Origin: a virus
Direction: 5' to 3' (one strand)
DNA length: 64,000 nucleotides
Virus record (IMG/VR): IMGVR_UViG_3300030060_004277
Coordinates: 27,600-91,599 of that record
Under the pieces are notes generated by a model. That model searched no databases and was not told where the DNA came from. It was given only the letters and a program-made list of their open reading frames with translations. Below, piece after piece: positions 44,782-52,748 of the stretch (positions are counted from its first letter, which is position 1; each line of letters begins with the position of its first letter). Made by a program: the position numbers and the translations under genes.

Positions 44782-45377
44782 CAGTTACCGCCACGCTTGG
44801 CCTTGTACCTTAAGTCTGGCGACCCATCCTTCTTTCTAGGGATGTCTTCTCTGATTAACTCATCAGCCATGGCGTTCAGACCCAAGTCCAAGGGCTGCGA
44901 TTCTGATGCCTGATGGGTCGGTATGCCCGGATTGAAATTGCTATGGTAGTCAGTCGCTAGACCGGAGAAAGCGCCACTATTGAATGACGGGGACACTTTG
45001 TCTGGATTCTCAGCCATCCAACGGAGTTCGTTCTCCAACTGTGCTTCCTGCAATCTCATCTCCAAATCCATTCTTCTCTGGTCGAATCCCATCTGCTGTT
45101 GCCTTATCGTCTTCGTCCTTTGATTCTGCATCTCTGCCATTTGCACTCTCTCTTGCATCTGCTGCTCGAAGAACATCTTGAAGAAATAGTATGCTATTGT
45201 CTGTACAGCCAATGCACCCATGGAATACGTCATTCCATTTACCCAAGAGTCTCCAGCGGAGCCAGCGGGTAGCCATATACCGGCGTCATAGACACCGACA
45301 GCCACTCCAACTAGCGCAGATTGGGCTAAGATTAGCCCTGTCATCTTCATATCTTGCGAACCTTCATTCAACTTCAA
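44781..45377 (-). CDS. Two-TM plus coiled-coil membrane protein
   Basis: LILAQSALVGVAVGVY, YSMGALAVQTIAYYFF, Q/R/M coiled coil, C-terminal PRKKDGSPDLRYK. Confidence 0.75.
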   Translation of the reverse strand: MKLNEGSQDMKMTGLILAQSALVGVAVGVYDAGIWLPAGSAGDSWVNGMTYSMGALAVQTIAYYFFKMFFEQQMQERVQMAEMQNQRTKTIRQQQMGFDQRRMDLEMRLQEAQLENELRWMAENPDKVSPSFNSGAFSGLATDYHSNFNPGIPTHQASESQPLDLGLNAMADELIREDIPRKKDGSPDLRYKAKRGGN

Positions 45378-45469
45378 TCACCTCTGACCTCGTATCTGGC
45401 ACATAGGGTGCCATCATAAGGGTTGTGACCAGAAAGCCGACCTGTAATGTCTAAAAATTCTAATGTATT

Positions 45470-45507
45470 GTCTATACATATAGTTATATTTATTTATAGG
45501 TATAGAC
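45470..45507. promoter_or_regulatory. AT-rich 13-bp inverted repeat upstream of GTPase operon
   Basis: GTCTATACATATA-N12-TATAGGTATAGAC (12/13 match) in the intergenic gap upstream of the operon. Confidence 0.5.
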
Positions 45508-45535
45508 GTTTATTAAGAATAATCGGAATCAAGCA

Positions 45536-45958
45536 TTAGCCCTCTCCCATCAGTGAGGGGTCGCTCACAGGTGAGCCAAAGATACTCATTACCCGATTCA
45601 TTCCGAAAGCAGGGTGAATGTCACGGTCTTCCATCACAGAAAGACCAAGAGGGGAACCATCAGGCATGGTGTAATGGAACCTTTGTCTTTGTCCGGGTTG
45701 ATAGGGGCTGCTATCAGGCTCGTTAGAGGCTACGGAAATAGGGTCGCCCTGTATGCCTAATTCCTTCATAGCCAATTGTACATACCTATCGGCGTGATGT
45801 TGAGGAGTATATTTGTCAAACTCCGATTCATGTTGGTATACATGGCGGGCCTCCTCCATGTGGGGAGTATCCTCCCATTCCATCAAGGCATCGTATACCT
45901 CTTGAGCATGACCATAATCTTTCAAGACGTTCCATGCTAGGTCGAAGGGGTTCATCAA
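45536..45958 (-). CDS. Hypothetical protein with N-terminal FDLAWNVLK tag
   Basis: 140 aa. Confidence 0.7.
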   Translation of the reverse strand: MMNPFDLAWNVLKDYGHAQEVYDALMEWEDTPHMEEARHVYQHESEFDKYTPQHHADRYVQLAMKELGIQGDPISVASNEPDSSPYQPGQRQRFHYTMPDGSPLGLSVMEDRDIHPAFGMNRVMSIFGSPVSDPSLMGEG

Positions 45959-46509
45959 ACCACCCGCAGAGTCCCTCGGTTCTTGAAGTGCCGAGCCCGA
46001 TTCGAGTGCTCCCCCTCTAACGTGAGCCTCCCACCTTGTGTGTGACTTACATCCTTATGGTCACCTGAACCATAGATGCCCCTGCGGCGTCTCTCTTGAT
46101 TGAGTTCTTCACGATACTTGACTCGCTTCGGACTCGACTCGTACTTCTTATCGTACTCCAACTTGTGACGACGTGCCTCAGGTGAGAGTTCCCTAGCCTT
46201 CAGCACACCGACCATCTTGACAATCGTCGGCTTCCCACCGACACCCTGCTTCTTAGCCCTCTTTCTCTTGGTCGCTGCTCTCTTCTGACCAGTCGACATC
46301 GACCCAGATGTCTTGGGTGTTTTTTCTGAGACTTTCACTGATGGTCTGCACTTCGGATAGCCTTTGCCACTCAATTTCGCCTTGCCCCTTCCGCACGGCG
46401 GGTGCTTTCCGTCCTTGTCCTTCCTCGATACGTCTACCCACTTCTCCTTGAACCAGCGATTCAGGTTCTTCACGACTATCGTATCGTGGCAGGTGCAACG
46501 GTCGGTCAT
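45955..46509 (-). CDS. Basic two-domain protein: RWFKEKWVDV-CGR-YPKCRP module plus HNH-like module
   Basis: KDVSHTQGGRLTLEGEHSNRARH resembles minimal HNH; likely start MTDRC at 46509 (ATGA overlap). Confidence 0.6.
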   Translation of the reverse strand: MTDRCTCHDTIVVKNLNRWFKEKWVDVSRKDKDGKHPPCGRGKAKLSGKGYPKCRPSVKVSEKTPKTSGSMSTGQKRAATKRKRAKKQGVGGKPTIVKMVGVLKARELSPEARRHKLEYDKKYESSPKRVKYREELNQERRRRGIYGSGDHKDVSHTQGGRLTLEGEHSNRARHFKNRGTLRVV

Positions 46510-46736
46510 TTCTTCTTCCCCTTCTTTCGGAATTTTCCTCGGCAGTATTGAACTGCCCATCCGTTAGCGTAGGCAGAGGGGTAAACTTTGAATTTTCTTT
46601 TCGCAGCGGCTTTTCCTTCGGGGCAGAGTTTCTTTTCGAGTGAGTCCCACGCCACATCCATGCCGACGCAGTGACCACAACCACAAGAATCTATCATATG
46701 ACACCCACCATTTTCCTCATGTTCATCGGTGCCCAT
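46506..46736 (-). CDS. Small basic protein (KLCPEGKAAAKRKFKVYPSAYANG family)
   Basis: Motif recalled from marine virus hypothetical proteins; DVAWDSLEK tag. Confidence 0.6.
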   Translation of the reverse strand: MGTDEHEENGGCHMIDSCGCGHCVGMDVAWDSLEKKLCPEGKAAAKRKFKVYPSAYANGWAVQYCRGKFRKKGKKK

Positions 46737-46903
46737 GCATCACAGACATGGTCTGCACGGCAGTTGAAGTCGTACCACTCGCAATACCCGGTCATGGGGT
46801 CATCGGTCTTGCTAGAATCCCAAGCCTTGCAGTTGCCGCACTTCTTGCCTGTGGTGGCTTTCCTGTAATTAGGTGCATCTGATTTGGCCATTAGCAGTTC
46901 CAC
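46694..46903 (-). CDS. HiPIP-like four-Cys protein
   Basis: NYR...KCGNCKAW...GYCEWY...HVCDAW. Confidence 0.55.
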   Translation of the reverse strand: MELLMAKSDAPNYRKATTGKKCGNCKAWDSSKTDDPMTGYCEWYDFNCRADHVCDAWAPMNMRKMVGVI

Positions 46904-47286
46904 CTCTTTAATGCCGCACCTTTAGGAGTTAGTTTACCGTCCTTGCTCGTAGGACCCTTACTACCACCCATGCGAGCGCAGAAGGATTTTCTTCTTTTCG
47001 CCCTCTTGCTTCCGGGCTTGAGTTTGGATGGCTTTGTCGTGACTGGTGGCTTCAGGTTAGCGCCTGTCTCTCGCTTGAACTTGTCACGACCCGCTTGGTT
47101 GAGCCCGCCCTTCTTGTGGTGGCGCTTTGGGTTATACCCGTGAAACGGTTTTTTTTTCGCTTTCTCGAAATAGTCATCAAGGAGGGCTACAGAGGCTTGT
47201 TGCATAGGAGAGCAGCAGTCACAGGTCTCGTGCTCTGCCCATGACTCATCTTCTGCTAGGCTCTTCTGAATCCAGTTCCCACTCAT
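46891..47286 (-). CDS. Small basic protein (GGLN.AGR...RRKSFCARM...ALKRWNC family)
   Basis: Motif recalled from marine phage hypotheticals. Confidence 0.65.
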   Translation of the reverse strand: MSGNWIQKSLAEDESWAEHETCDCCSPMQQASVALLDDYFEKAKKKPFHGYNPKRHHKKGGLNQAGRDKFKRETGANLKPPVTTKPSKLKPGSKRAKRRKSFCARMGGSKGPTSKDGKLTPKGAALKRWNC

Positions 47287-47783
47287 TCACCATTCATCCT
47301 TCTCTGCTGCCTAAGCATCTCGGTGGCTCTGTCAATCATGCTTTGCTGACCGGGAGAATGCTGTGTTCCGTCCGCCATCATGTTTCTCATTCCCTCTTGT
47401 GGCGATGGCATTCTTTGTTGATAGATGGGAGTTTCTCTCTCAGTCTGACCCGTAGCCTCTTGCATCGTCTGAGGTGTATATGGTTTCGGCATCATGTGCT
47501 TTCTGGGGTCTGAGTCGTAAGTAGGGTAGTTGCCCTCTTCATCGAGCCCGTCCATGCCCGCTTGAGCCGGGTTGAAGTTTCTTACGTTGTGATAGGGCAT
47601 GTTCTTCGATAACTCATAGGTCCCCACATGCTCGACGAGGGTATGCCATGCCTTCTTCATAGGCTCATCCGGCTTGGATGTGTCCTCTGGTTTCTTGGGC
47701 ATCTTGGGGCCGACCGAGACGACAAGGGCTATCGAGGGTTTCTTCTTCTCCCCCGCATAGTCCTTGACGTCCCCATCTGCCAT
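47283..47783 (-). CDS. Hypothetical protein with EPMKKAWHTL tag
   Basis: 166 aa, GGTGA RBS. Confidence 0.65.
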   Translation of the reverse strand: MADGDVKDYAGEKKKPSIALVVSVGPKMPKKPEDTSKPDEPMKKAWHTLVEHVGTYELSKNMPYHNVRNFNPAQAGMDGLDEEGNYPTYDSDPRKHMMPKPYTPQTMQEATGQTERETPIYQQRMPSPQEGMRNMMADGTQHSPGQQSMIDRATEMLRQQRRMNGE

Positions 47784-47787
47784 CCCA

Positions 47788-48003
47788 TCACCTCTTTCTG
47801 CTAACTCTCACAAGCCCTGTTTGCCTCCGCATGCGCGGTCTTACGGTGCCACGGGATAGGGCACGGGCATATCTAGCCTTCGTTTTCCTTGTTTTCGTCT
47901 TACGTGCAAGTCTCTGTACCTTGGCCTGCGCCAGACGCTTCGGGCGGTTCTCGATGTACGACCGCTTCAGCACCGAATACCAGCCGGACTGCCCCATGTC
48001 CAA
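47788..48003 (-). CDS. Very basic Arg/Lys-rich small protein
   Basis: 71 aa; SGWYSVLKR. Confidence 0.6.
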   Translation of the reverse strand: MDMGQSGWYSVLKRSYIENRPKRLAQAKVQRLARKTKTRKTKARYARALSRGTVRPRMRRQTGLVRVSRKR

Positions 48004-48156
48004 GGCCAGACAACGTCATGTTGATTACCTTTATTCTATCTGGCAGCAAACGTGGTGGCTTCTGGGGTTCACGGTTTACCTACGAGTTTCTCTTCTTCTA
48101 CCGTTGCGCGTTCCCCATCCTTTGCGCTCCCAGACCCCACACCCGACATTCTCAAG

Positions 48157-48468
48157 ATGCCCTTTCTAGCACCTCTCTTAGCAGCCGCTGGTAGGGCAGT
48201 CGCCACACAAGGCGTCAAGGGCGCTCTTACAGCAGGGGCTAAGAAAGTTGGTGAGGCAGCCACGAAAGAGGGGCTCAAGGGTATGGCTGCGCAAGGAGCC
48301 AAGAAAGTTGCCGAGAAGGTCACGTCCGAGGAGGGTATGCAACAGGCCATAGACAAACTCAAGGAGAGGCAACAGCAGAAGGAGATGGAGAGACGTCAGA
48401 AATCCAATGAACTCATGGAGCAGGGACGGCAAAGAGCAAGTACCGGCTCGACCACGATGGGTGCATGA
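48157..48468 (+). CDS. Ala/Gly/Lys-rich amphipathic protein, opposite strand to neighbours
   Basis: MPFLAPLLAAAGRAV..., internal repeat GAKKV..(A/V)T.EG, C-terminal coil. Confidence 0.6.
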   Translation: MPFLAPLLAAAGRAVATQGVKGALTAGAKKVGEAATKEGLKGMAAQGAKKVAEKVTSEEGMQQAIDKLKERQQQKEMERRQKSNELMEQGRQRASTGSTTMGA

Positions 48469-48593
48469 TTCGCGGCGGCGCAAAGGACGTCGGAGAGATT
48501 GTAATAAGGTCAATAATCGAGGCAATCGTCAAAGTCATGTTCATGGGTCTGATAATCCTCTGGGGCATAGCAACAGCAATCAACGGACTCTAG
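48465..48593 (+). CDS. 42-aa membrane peptide (not in ORF track)
   Basis: MIRGGAKDVGEIVIRSIIEAIVKVMFMGLIILWGIATAINGL; ATGA-coupled to upstream ORF; stop overlaps the hmgL stop. Confidence 0.6.
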   Translation: MIRGGAKDVGEIVIRSIIEAIVKVMFMGLIILWGIATAINGL

Positions 48594-49441
48594 TGCTTTA
48601 TCCTCTTCTCGACGTACTGGGTCACCGTGCCTAGGTCCTCGGGCCTGACCCCGCAATCGAGTCCCTCGTCATTTGACCACTTTACGAGGTCCTCAGTGGA
48701 CAGATTACCACCACTACCCGGTACAAATGGACAACCGCCCATACCACCTATGCTGCTGTCGAACTGCCTGATGCCCAAGTCGAACGCCGTGCTGAGGTTG
48801 TCGAACATCCTATTCTTCCTCGGTCCGTGATGGAGGTGCAATGCGAGGTCCGCTGTGATTCCAATGCCCCTCGTCAGGTTGACGGCGCTTCGAATCAGCA
48901 TGGGGTCCGCCGAACCGATGGTGTCCGATAGGACGATGGTGCTACCAAGCGAGTCTGCCCACCGCAGTGCTTTCTCCATCTGGTCGTGCTGTACGCTTCC
49001 GACATAGGGACAACCGAACATGCAACTGAGGTAGACCCTGATGTTCTCCTTGGGTATCCCATCCAACGCCGAGCAGTACTCGGTGAATATCTGGTTGCTC
49101 ATCTTACCATGGTTGTTCATGTTGAAACTCTCGCTAGGGGAGAAGAACACGTTGAAGTTCTCGACCCCGATTTTTTTGGCCCTCTCCACCCCTACTTTAT
49201 TGGGCACGAGCATCGCCAATTCGCAGTCATACTGCAAATGCGGCAGTTGCTTGAACAGAATGTCCGAGTCCGCCATGTTTGGCACCTTCTCGGGGTTGAC
49301 GAGCGAGCCGACTTCGATGTTGCGAATGCCGGACATGGCAATCTCCTCGATGAGTTCGACCTTGACCGCTGTGGGCGTTATCGTGTCATGGCTCTGGAGA
49401 CCATCTCGCGGACCGACCTCGTAAATCTCAAAGTCGTACAT
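48590..49441 (-). CDS. hmgL: Hydroxymethylglutaryl-CoA lyase
   Basis: EVGPRDGLQ, FGCPY, LSDTIG, LHLH, FDSSIGGMGGCPFVPGSGGNLSTEDL. Confidence 0.9.
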   Translation of the reverse strand: MYDFEIYEVGPRDGLQSHDTITPTAVKVELIEEIAMSGIRNIEVGSLVNPEKVPNMADSDILFKQLPHLQYDCELAMLVPNKVGVERAKKIGVENFNVFFSPSESFNMNNHGKMSNQIFTEYCSALDGIPKENIRVYLSCMFGCPYVGSVQHDQMEKALRWADSLGSTIVLSDTIGSADPMLIRSAVNLTRGIGITADLALHLHHGPRKNRMFDNLSTAFDLGIRQFDSSIGGMGGCPFVPGSGGNLSTEDLVKWSNDEGLDCGVRPEDLGTVTQYVEKRIKH

Positions 49442-50071
49442 TCAATATCCCCCTCTTAAAGGTGGATAATACCCATGAGGTTCATCCAGTTCTGGTCTCC
49501 GCATTCTCTGCACTTGCCCCTGTGGTGGTAATGGCCCTTCGTAAAACGGCCCTTGCATATCACGTTCCCTTAAGAGTCTGCGAATCATACTCGCAATCTG
49601 CGGGTGAATTGTACCCATGCTCATGTAAGCATCAGGGTCTCCTGCGTCCCTTTGGATGAGTTGTTGCTCTGGTAGCGCTTTGAGCAAGGCCCACGCTTGG
49701 TCGAAGAGGTTCATTGGCTCTCCTCTCTCAATTGAGTCCTGCCAACTGTCATCCTGCAAATTAGGCGTGCCCTGTAGGGTCATCGTCGGTGGTGGCCCTG
49801 CCAATTCCCTGAGACAGTCGTGGCACATCGCATGACCGCTCATCATGGGTACACCCGTGAGTCTCTCACCATCTATTACCCTACCACAGCCGTTGTCATC
49901 AACACCCTCCAAGACGAAGTCACACAGTTGAGGCCATTGCGGTGAACTCATCCAGTTCTTGTGTGGCCATTGGGGGTTCTGCGCGTACTCAGCCTCTTCG
50001 TAATCGTCGTCGCTTATGTCGTCTGGATAGTACTCCTTGAACAAGGTCCACGCTTGGTTGAAGGGTCCCAT
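49442..50071 (-). CDS. Hypothetical protein with two AW..LK tags and a Cys cluster
   Basis: FNQAWTLFKE, GEPMNLFDQAWALLKA; C...C...CHDC. Confidence 0.7.
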   Translation of the reverse strand: MGPFNQAWTLFKEYYPDDISDDDYEEAEYAQNPQWPHKNWMSSPQWPQLCDFVLEGVDDNGCGRVIDGERLTGVPMMSGHAMCHDCLRELAGPPPTMTLQGTPNLQDDSWQDSIERGEPMNLFDQAWALLKALPEQQLIQRDAGDPDAYMSMGTIHPQIASMIRRLLRERDMQGPFYEGPLPPQGQVQRMRRPELDEPHGYYPPLRGGY

Positions 50072-50142
50072 GCCCTAGTCCCCCCTGTACATCTCACCTT
50101 GGTTGTAGTACAAGTCCCACTCCATCGAGAAGTACGTGTAAA

Positions 50143-50949
50143 TCAGAACTCCCCCAGTAACTCATCGAAGTTGAATGCCCTGCCCTGTGCTTCGGGTGGT
50201 GCGTTCCTGTCCACGAAACCAGAGTCTATTCCGTATCTCTCCCTACCTAGCCTTGTCGGTGTCAGTGGTACGTTCTCATACGTGGACGGGTCATGGTAGT
50301 CAACACCTCGTGCGACATTCGAGGGCTGCGGCATCATGACAAGCCTCTCTGGTGGTATCCCCTCATGCATGAGCATCTCAGGCAGGTCCTCCGGTGACTC
50401 ATCCGCTGTCCTCGTCTGCATGTCCATCTGCCTCGCTTCCTCTGGGCTCATGCGCACACCGACGAGACCCTGACCACCTTTGTCAGCACCAGTGGATGCG
50501 TATCTTATGTTGCGTGGGTGCGGCTTCGTGAGGAAGAACCCCTTGCCGCCGCCTCTGGTCATGTCGAATTGCTTGTCCTCTGGACTGAAGAGGCCCTCAT
50601 CCGTATCCCAATACTCGTTGTGGCCACCCAGTTGGCTCTGCGGCACGAGTCCCTGACTCTGAATCGCAGGCATGTCCCCCATCCTGTTGGTTCTGACATA
50701 CGTCATCGGCCCGTATCGACTAGGCGCCTCAGGGAAGAACTGCCCCAACGTGGTCTGCTCTGGTGGCAACTCCGGATACAGGTTGGGTAGATTGGGTGTG
50801 ACTGCCGCCTGCTTCAGAAAGACAAATGCATCGTAGCCCGCTTCGGCATGGGAGGTAGTATCAACAGTAGAACGAACGAATAGTGAGTTCCCGACGACAG
50901 CCACGATGACCCGTATAGGGGTCAAGATTTCTAAGTTTCCTTTGTGCAC
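50143..50949 (-). CDS. Possible ADP-ribosyltransferase-fold protein (start uncertain)
   Basis: YVRT...AIQSQGLVP...FFLT...EMLMHEGIPPERL spacing resembles Tpt1/ART-like families. Confidence 0.45.
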   Translation of the reverse strand: MHKGNLEILTPIRVIVAVVGNSLFVRSTVDTTSHAEAGYDAFVFLKQAAVTPNLPNLYPELPPEQTTLGQFFPEAPSRYGPMTYVRTNRMGDMPAIQSQGLVPQSQLGGHNEYWDTDEGLFSPEDKQFDMTRGGGKGFFLTKPHPRNIRYASTGADKGGQGLVGVRMSPEEARQMDMQTRTADESPEDLPEMLMHEGIPPERLVMMPQPSNVARGVDYHDPSTYENVPLTPTRLGRERYGIDSGFVDRNAPPEAQGRAFNFDELLGEF

Positions 50950-51005
50950 CGGTTTTTTTCTAATTTTTTATTTTTTATTCGAGCGCCGTGTGTGGTCATA
51001 TAAGA

Positions 51006-51405
51006 GCGCCAACGCATGGCGCCAACGCATTCTCCGGCTAAGCCCCCGGCGCCAACGGGGTACTGCGTCATGCTAAGGGGCGGTGGTGGGGGTGGCGCCA
51101 ACGGGCAACTGCGCTCCGCCAACGCAACCGCCAACGCTGGACTCGTGGATAGGTGTCAGCGTCACGCTCTGCGAGCGTCACACTGCCGTGATATGGCGGG
51201 GGCGTCGTCGTCGGTGGTGGTGGGGGGCAAGCGTACACGTCGGCACTATGCCCACAACCGCCACCACCACACCAGCGTGACGCTACCCACAAGCGCCAGC
51301 ATGACGCGCCACTTCACCCGTACACCCTAACGTGGACTCCCCACCCATACGGTTGGTATACTGTGTGTGCCTGCTTCTAACTTGAGCCATCTGTGTGCGC
51401 CAACG
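51006..51405 (+). repeat. Cluster of [G/C]CGCCAACG 9-mers in GC-rich non-coding switch region
   Basis: Copies at 51006, 51019, 51049, 51095, 51116, 51128, 51397; inverted copies at 52267 (1 mismatch) and 52303. Confidence 0.75.
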
Positions 51406-51430
51406 GGACGCACCTGCATGATTTGGAGCC

Positions 51431-51450
51431 TTGACTATAAAAGGGAATAG
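51431..51450 (+). promoter_or_regulatory. Early 20-bp element copy 1 TTGACTATAAAAGGGAATAG
   Basis: Exact repeat; TATAAAA core ~40 bp before ATG 51476. Confidence 0.8.
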
Positions 51451-51475
51451 TAAGATACGGGGTGGAGGAAGCGAA

Positions 51476-52189
51476 ATGACTGACACATCAGACGTACACC
51501 CAGCCATAAGAACGAACGACGCGCTAAAGGCGCTTGCGGAGGCAGTAGCCTCGGGGAAGGGGGTGAGCATACCCCTGCACAAGGAGCAGGGCTTCATCAT
51601 CCTGACACCCGACAACTCCCCCGTCAAGTACACCAAGGCGCAAGCGAAGGCCCTACTCACGGCCTGCCACGCTCAGGCCAAAGGCGCGACCAGATACGCC
51701 GATGACCTGCCAACGAACCCGAAGTCCGCGCTCGGACTGACCCACAACGGCTCGCCCCTATGGGCCAAGGCTCTGAACGCAAGCACCAGCAGATACACCG
51801 AGGCAGGCAAAGCCATCAGGTCCGCCCGTGACCAAGCCAAGATTCAGGCAACCGGCGGATGGATTCACGTGCCATCCGGGACCATCGGCCCAAGCAAGAA
51901 GAAGACCGCGACCGCGGCCATCAGGGCCGACCACGGAGGCGACTGGTGGAAGGACGAGGCCCGAGCCAACGAACTGCGCAAGGAGTACCGCGCCGACTGC
52001 ATCATGGTCAAGGACCAGCAGGCAACACCGGCCCCCGTGGTCGCTGAGGCCCAGACCGCGACCGTGACCAAGGCGGTCCTCGTGGACAGGTGCAAGCAAC
52101 TGAGCCTAACCGCGACCGGCACCAAAGCCGAACTTCAGGCCCGCATCGACGCGGTGCCCCTAGCCGGACAACTCGGCTGGCACTCCTGA
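51476..52189 (+). CDS. First early gene; Ala/Lys-rich protein with C-terminal SAP motif
   Basis: GGAGG RBS; TKAVLVDRCKQLSLTATGTKAELQARI; high GC3. Confidence 0.75.
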   Translation: MTDTSDVHPAIRTNDALKALAEAVASGKGVSIPLHKEQGFIILTPDNSPVKYTKAQAKALLTACHAQAKGATRYADDLPTNPKSALGLTHNGSPLWAKALNASTSRYTEAGKAIRSARDQAKIQATGGWIHVPSGTIGPSKKKTATAAIRADHGGDWWKDEARANELRKEYRADCIMVKDQQATPAPVVAEAQTATVTKAVLVDRCKQLSLTATGTKAELQARIDAVPLAGQLGWHS

Positions 52190-52288
52190 GCGGGCAACCC
52201 CGCGACGGACTCACGCAACCCCCCTCGGGCCTCCGGGTCCGGGGGGTGGCCCCCACCCCTGCGCCGTGTTGGCGCGGGGGCTTTTTTT
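52190..52288 (+). terminator. Triple hairpin ending in intrinsic-terminator-like stem and T7 tract
   Basis: GCGGG-CAAC-CCCGC; 11-bp stem with c(UCCG)g loop 52221-52246; CCCCTGCGCC-GTGTT-GGCGCGGGGG then TTTTTTT. Confidence 0.7.
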
Positions 52289-52748
52289 ATCGCGCGCTCT
52301 CGCGTTGGCGCGGGCCGTTGTCGCCCTGCGGGACGTCGCTCGTATCACGATTCGTGACACTCGCTCCAACCATACGGGTGGTAGTGCGCAGGCTATCGAA
52401 AAAAAATGTAGTACTGCGCCCCAGCGCTGGCCATACTCAGGTGCATCGCTTATAGTACGCGCCGGTGGCGGTGGTGTGGGTGTGGTGTGCCCCCGTGTTG
52501 TCTTGCTGGTTCTCCCCTCCCTATGCATGTCTATCTGTGGATGAGTGAAACGTACATAGAAGGGGGTATGTGTCCTATCATTCCTTGTATCTGTATATAC
52601 ATATCAATAGATATATACGTAGTAAGGGATAATAAGAAACAACACGGATGCGCATTTGTACGGACGAATCGTTGCACACATTGGAAACACTTGCACTGCT
52701 CGCCTGTGTCCACAGGATTATACACACCGAGCCCCGGCGGTGTCGGCT

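Noticed and set aside
51431-51475. Track starts at 51431 and 56735 giving MTIKGN.. N-termini
   Set aside because: These translate the repeat element itself; better ATGs with RBS lie at 51476 and 56825
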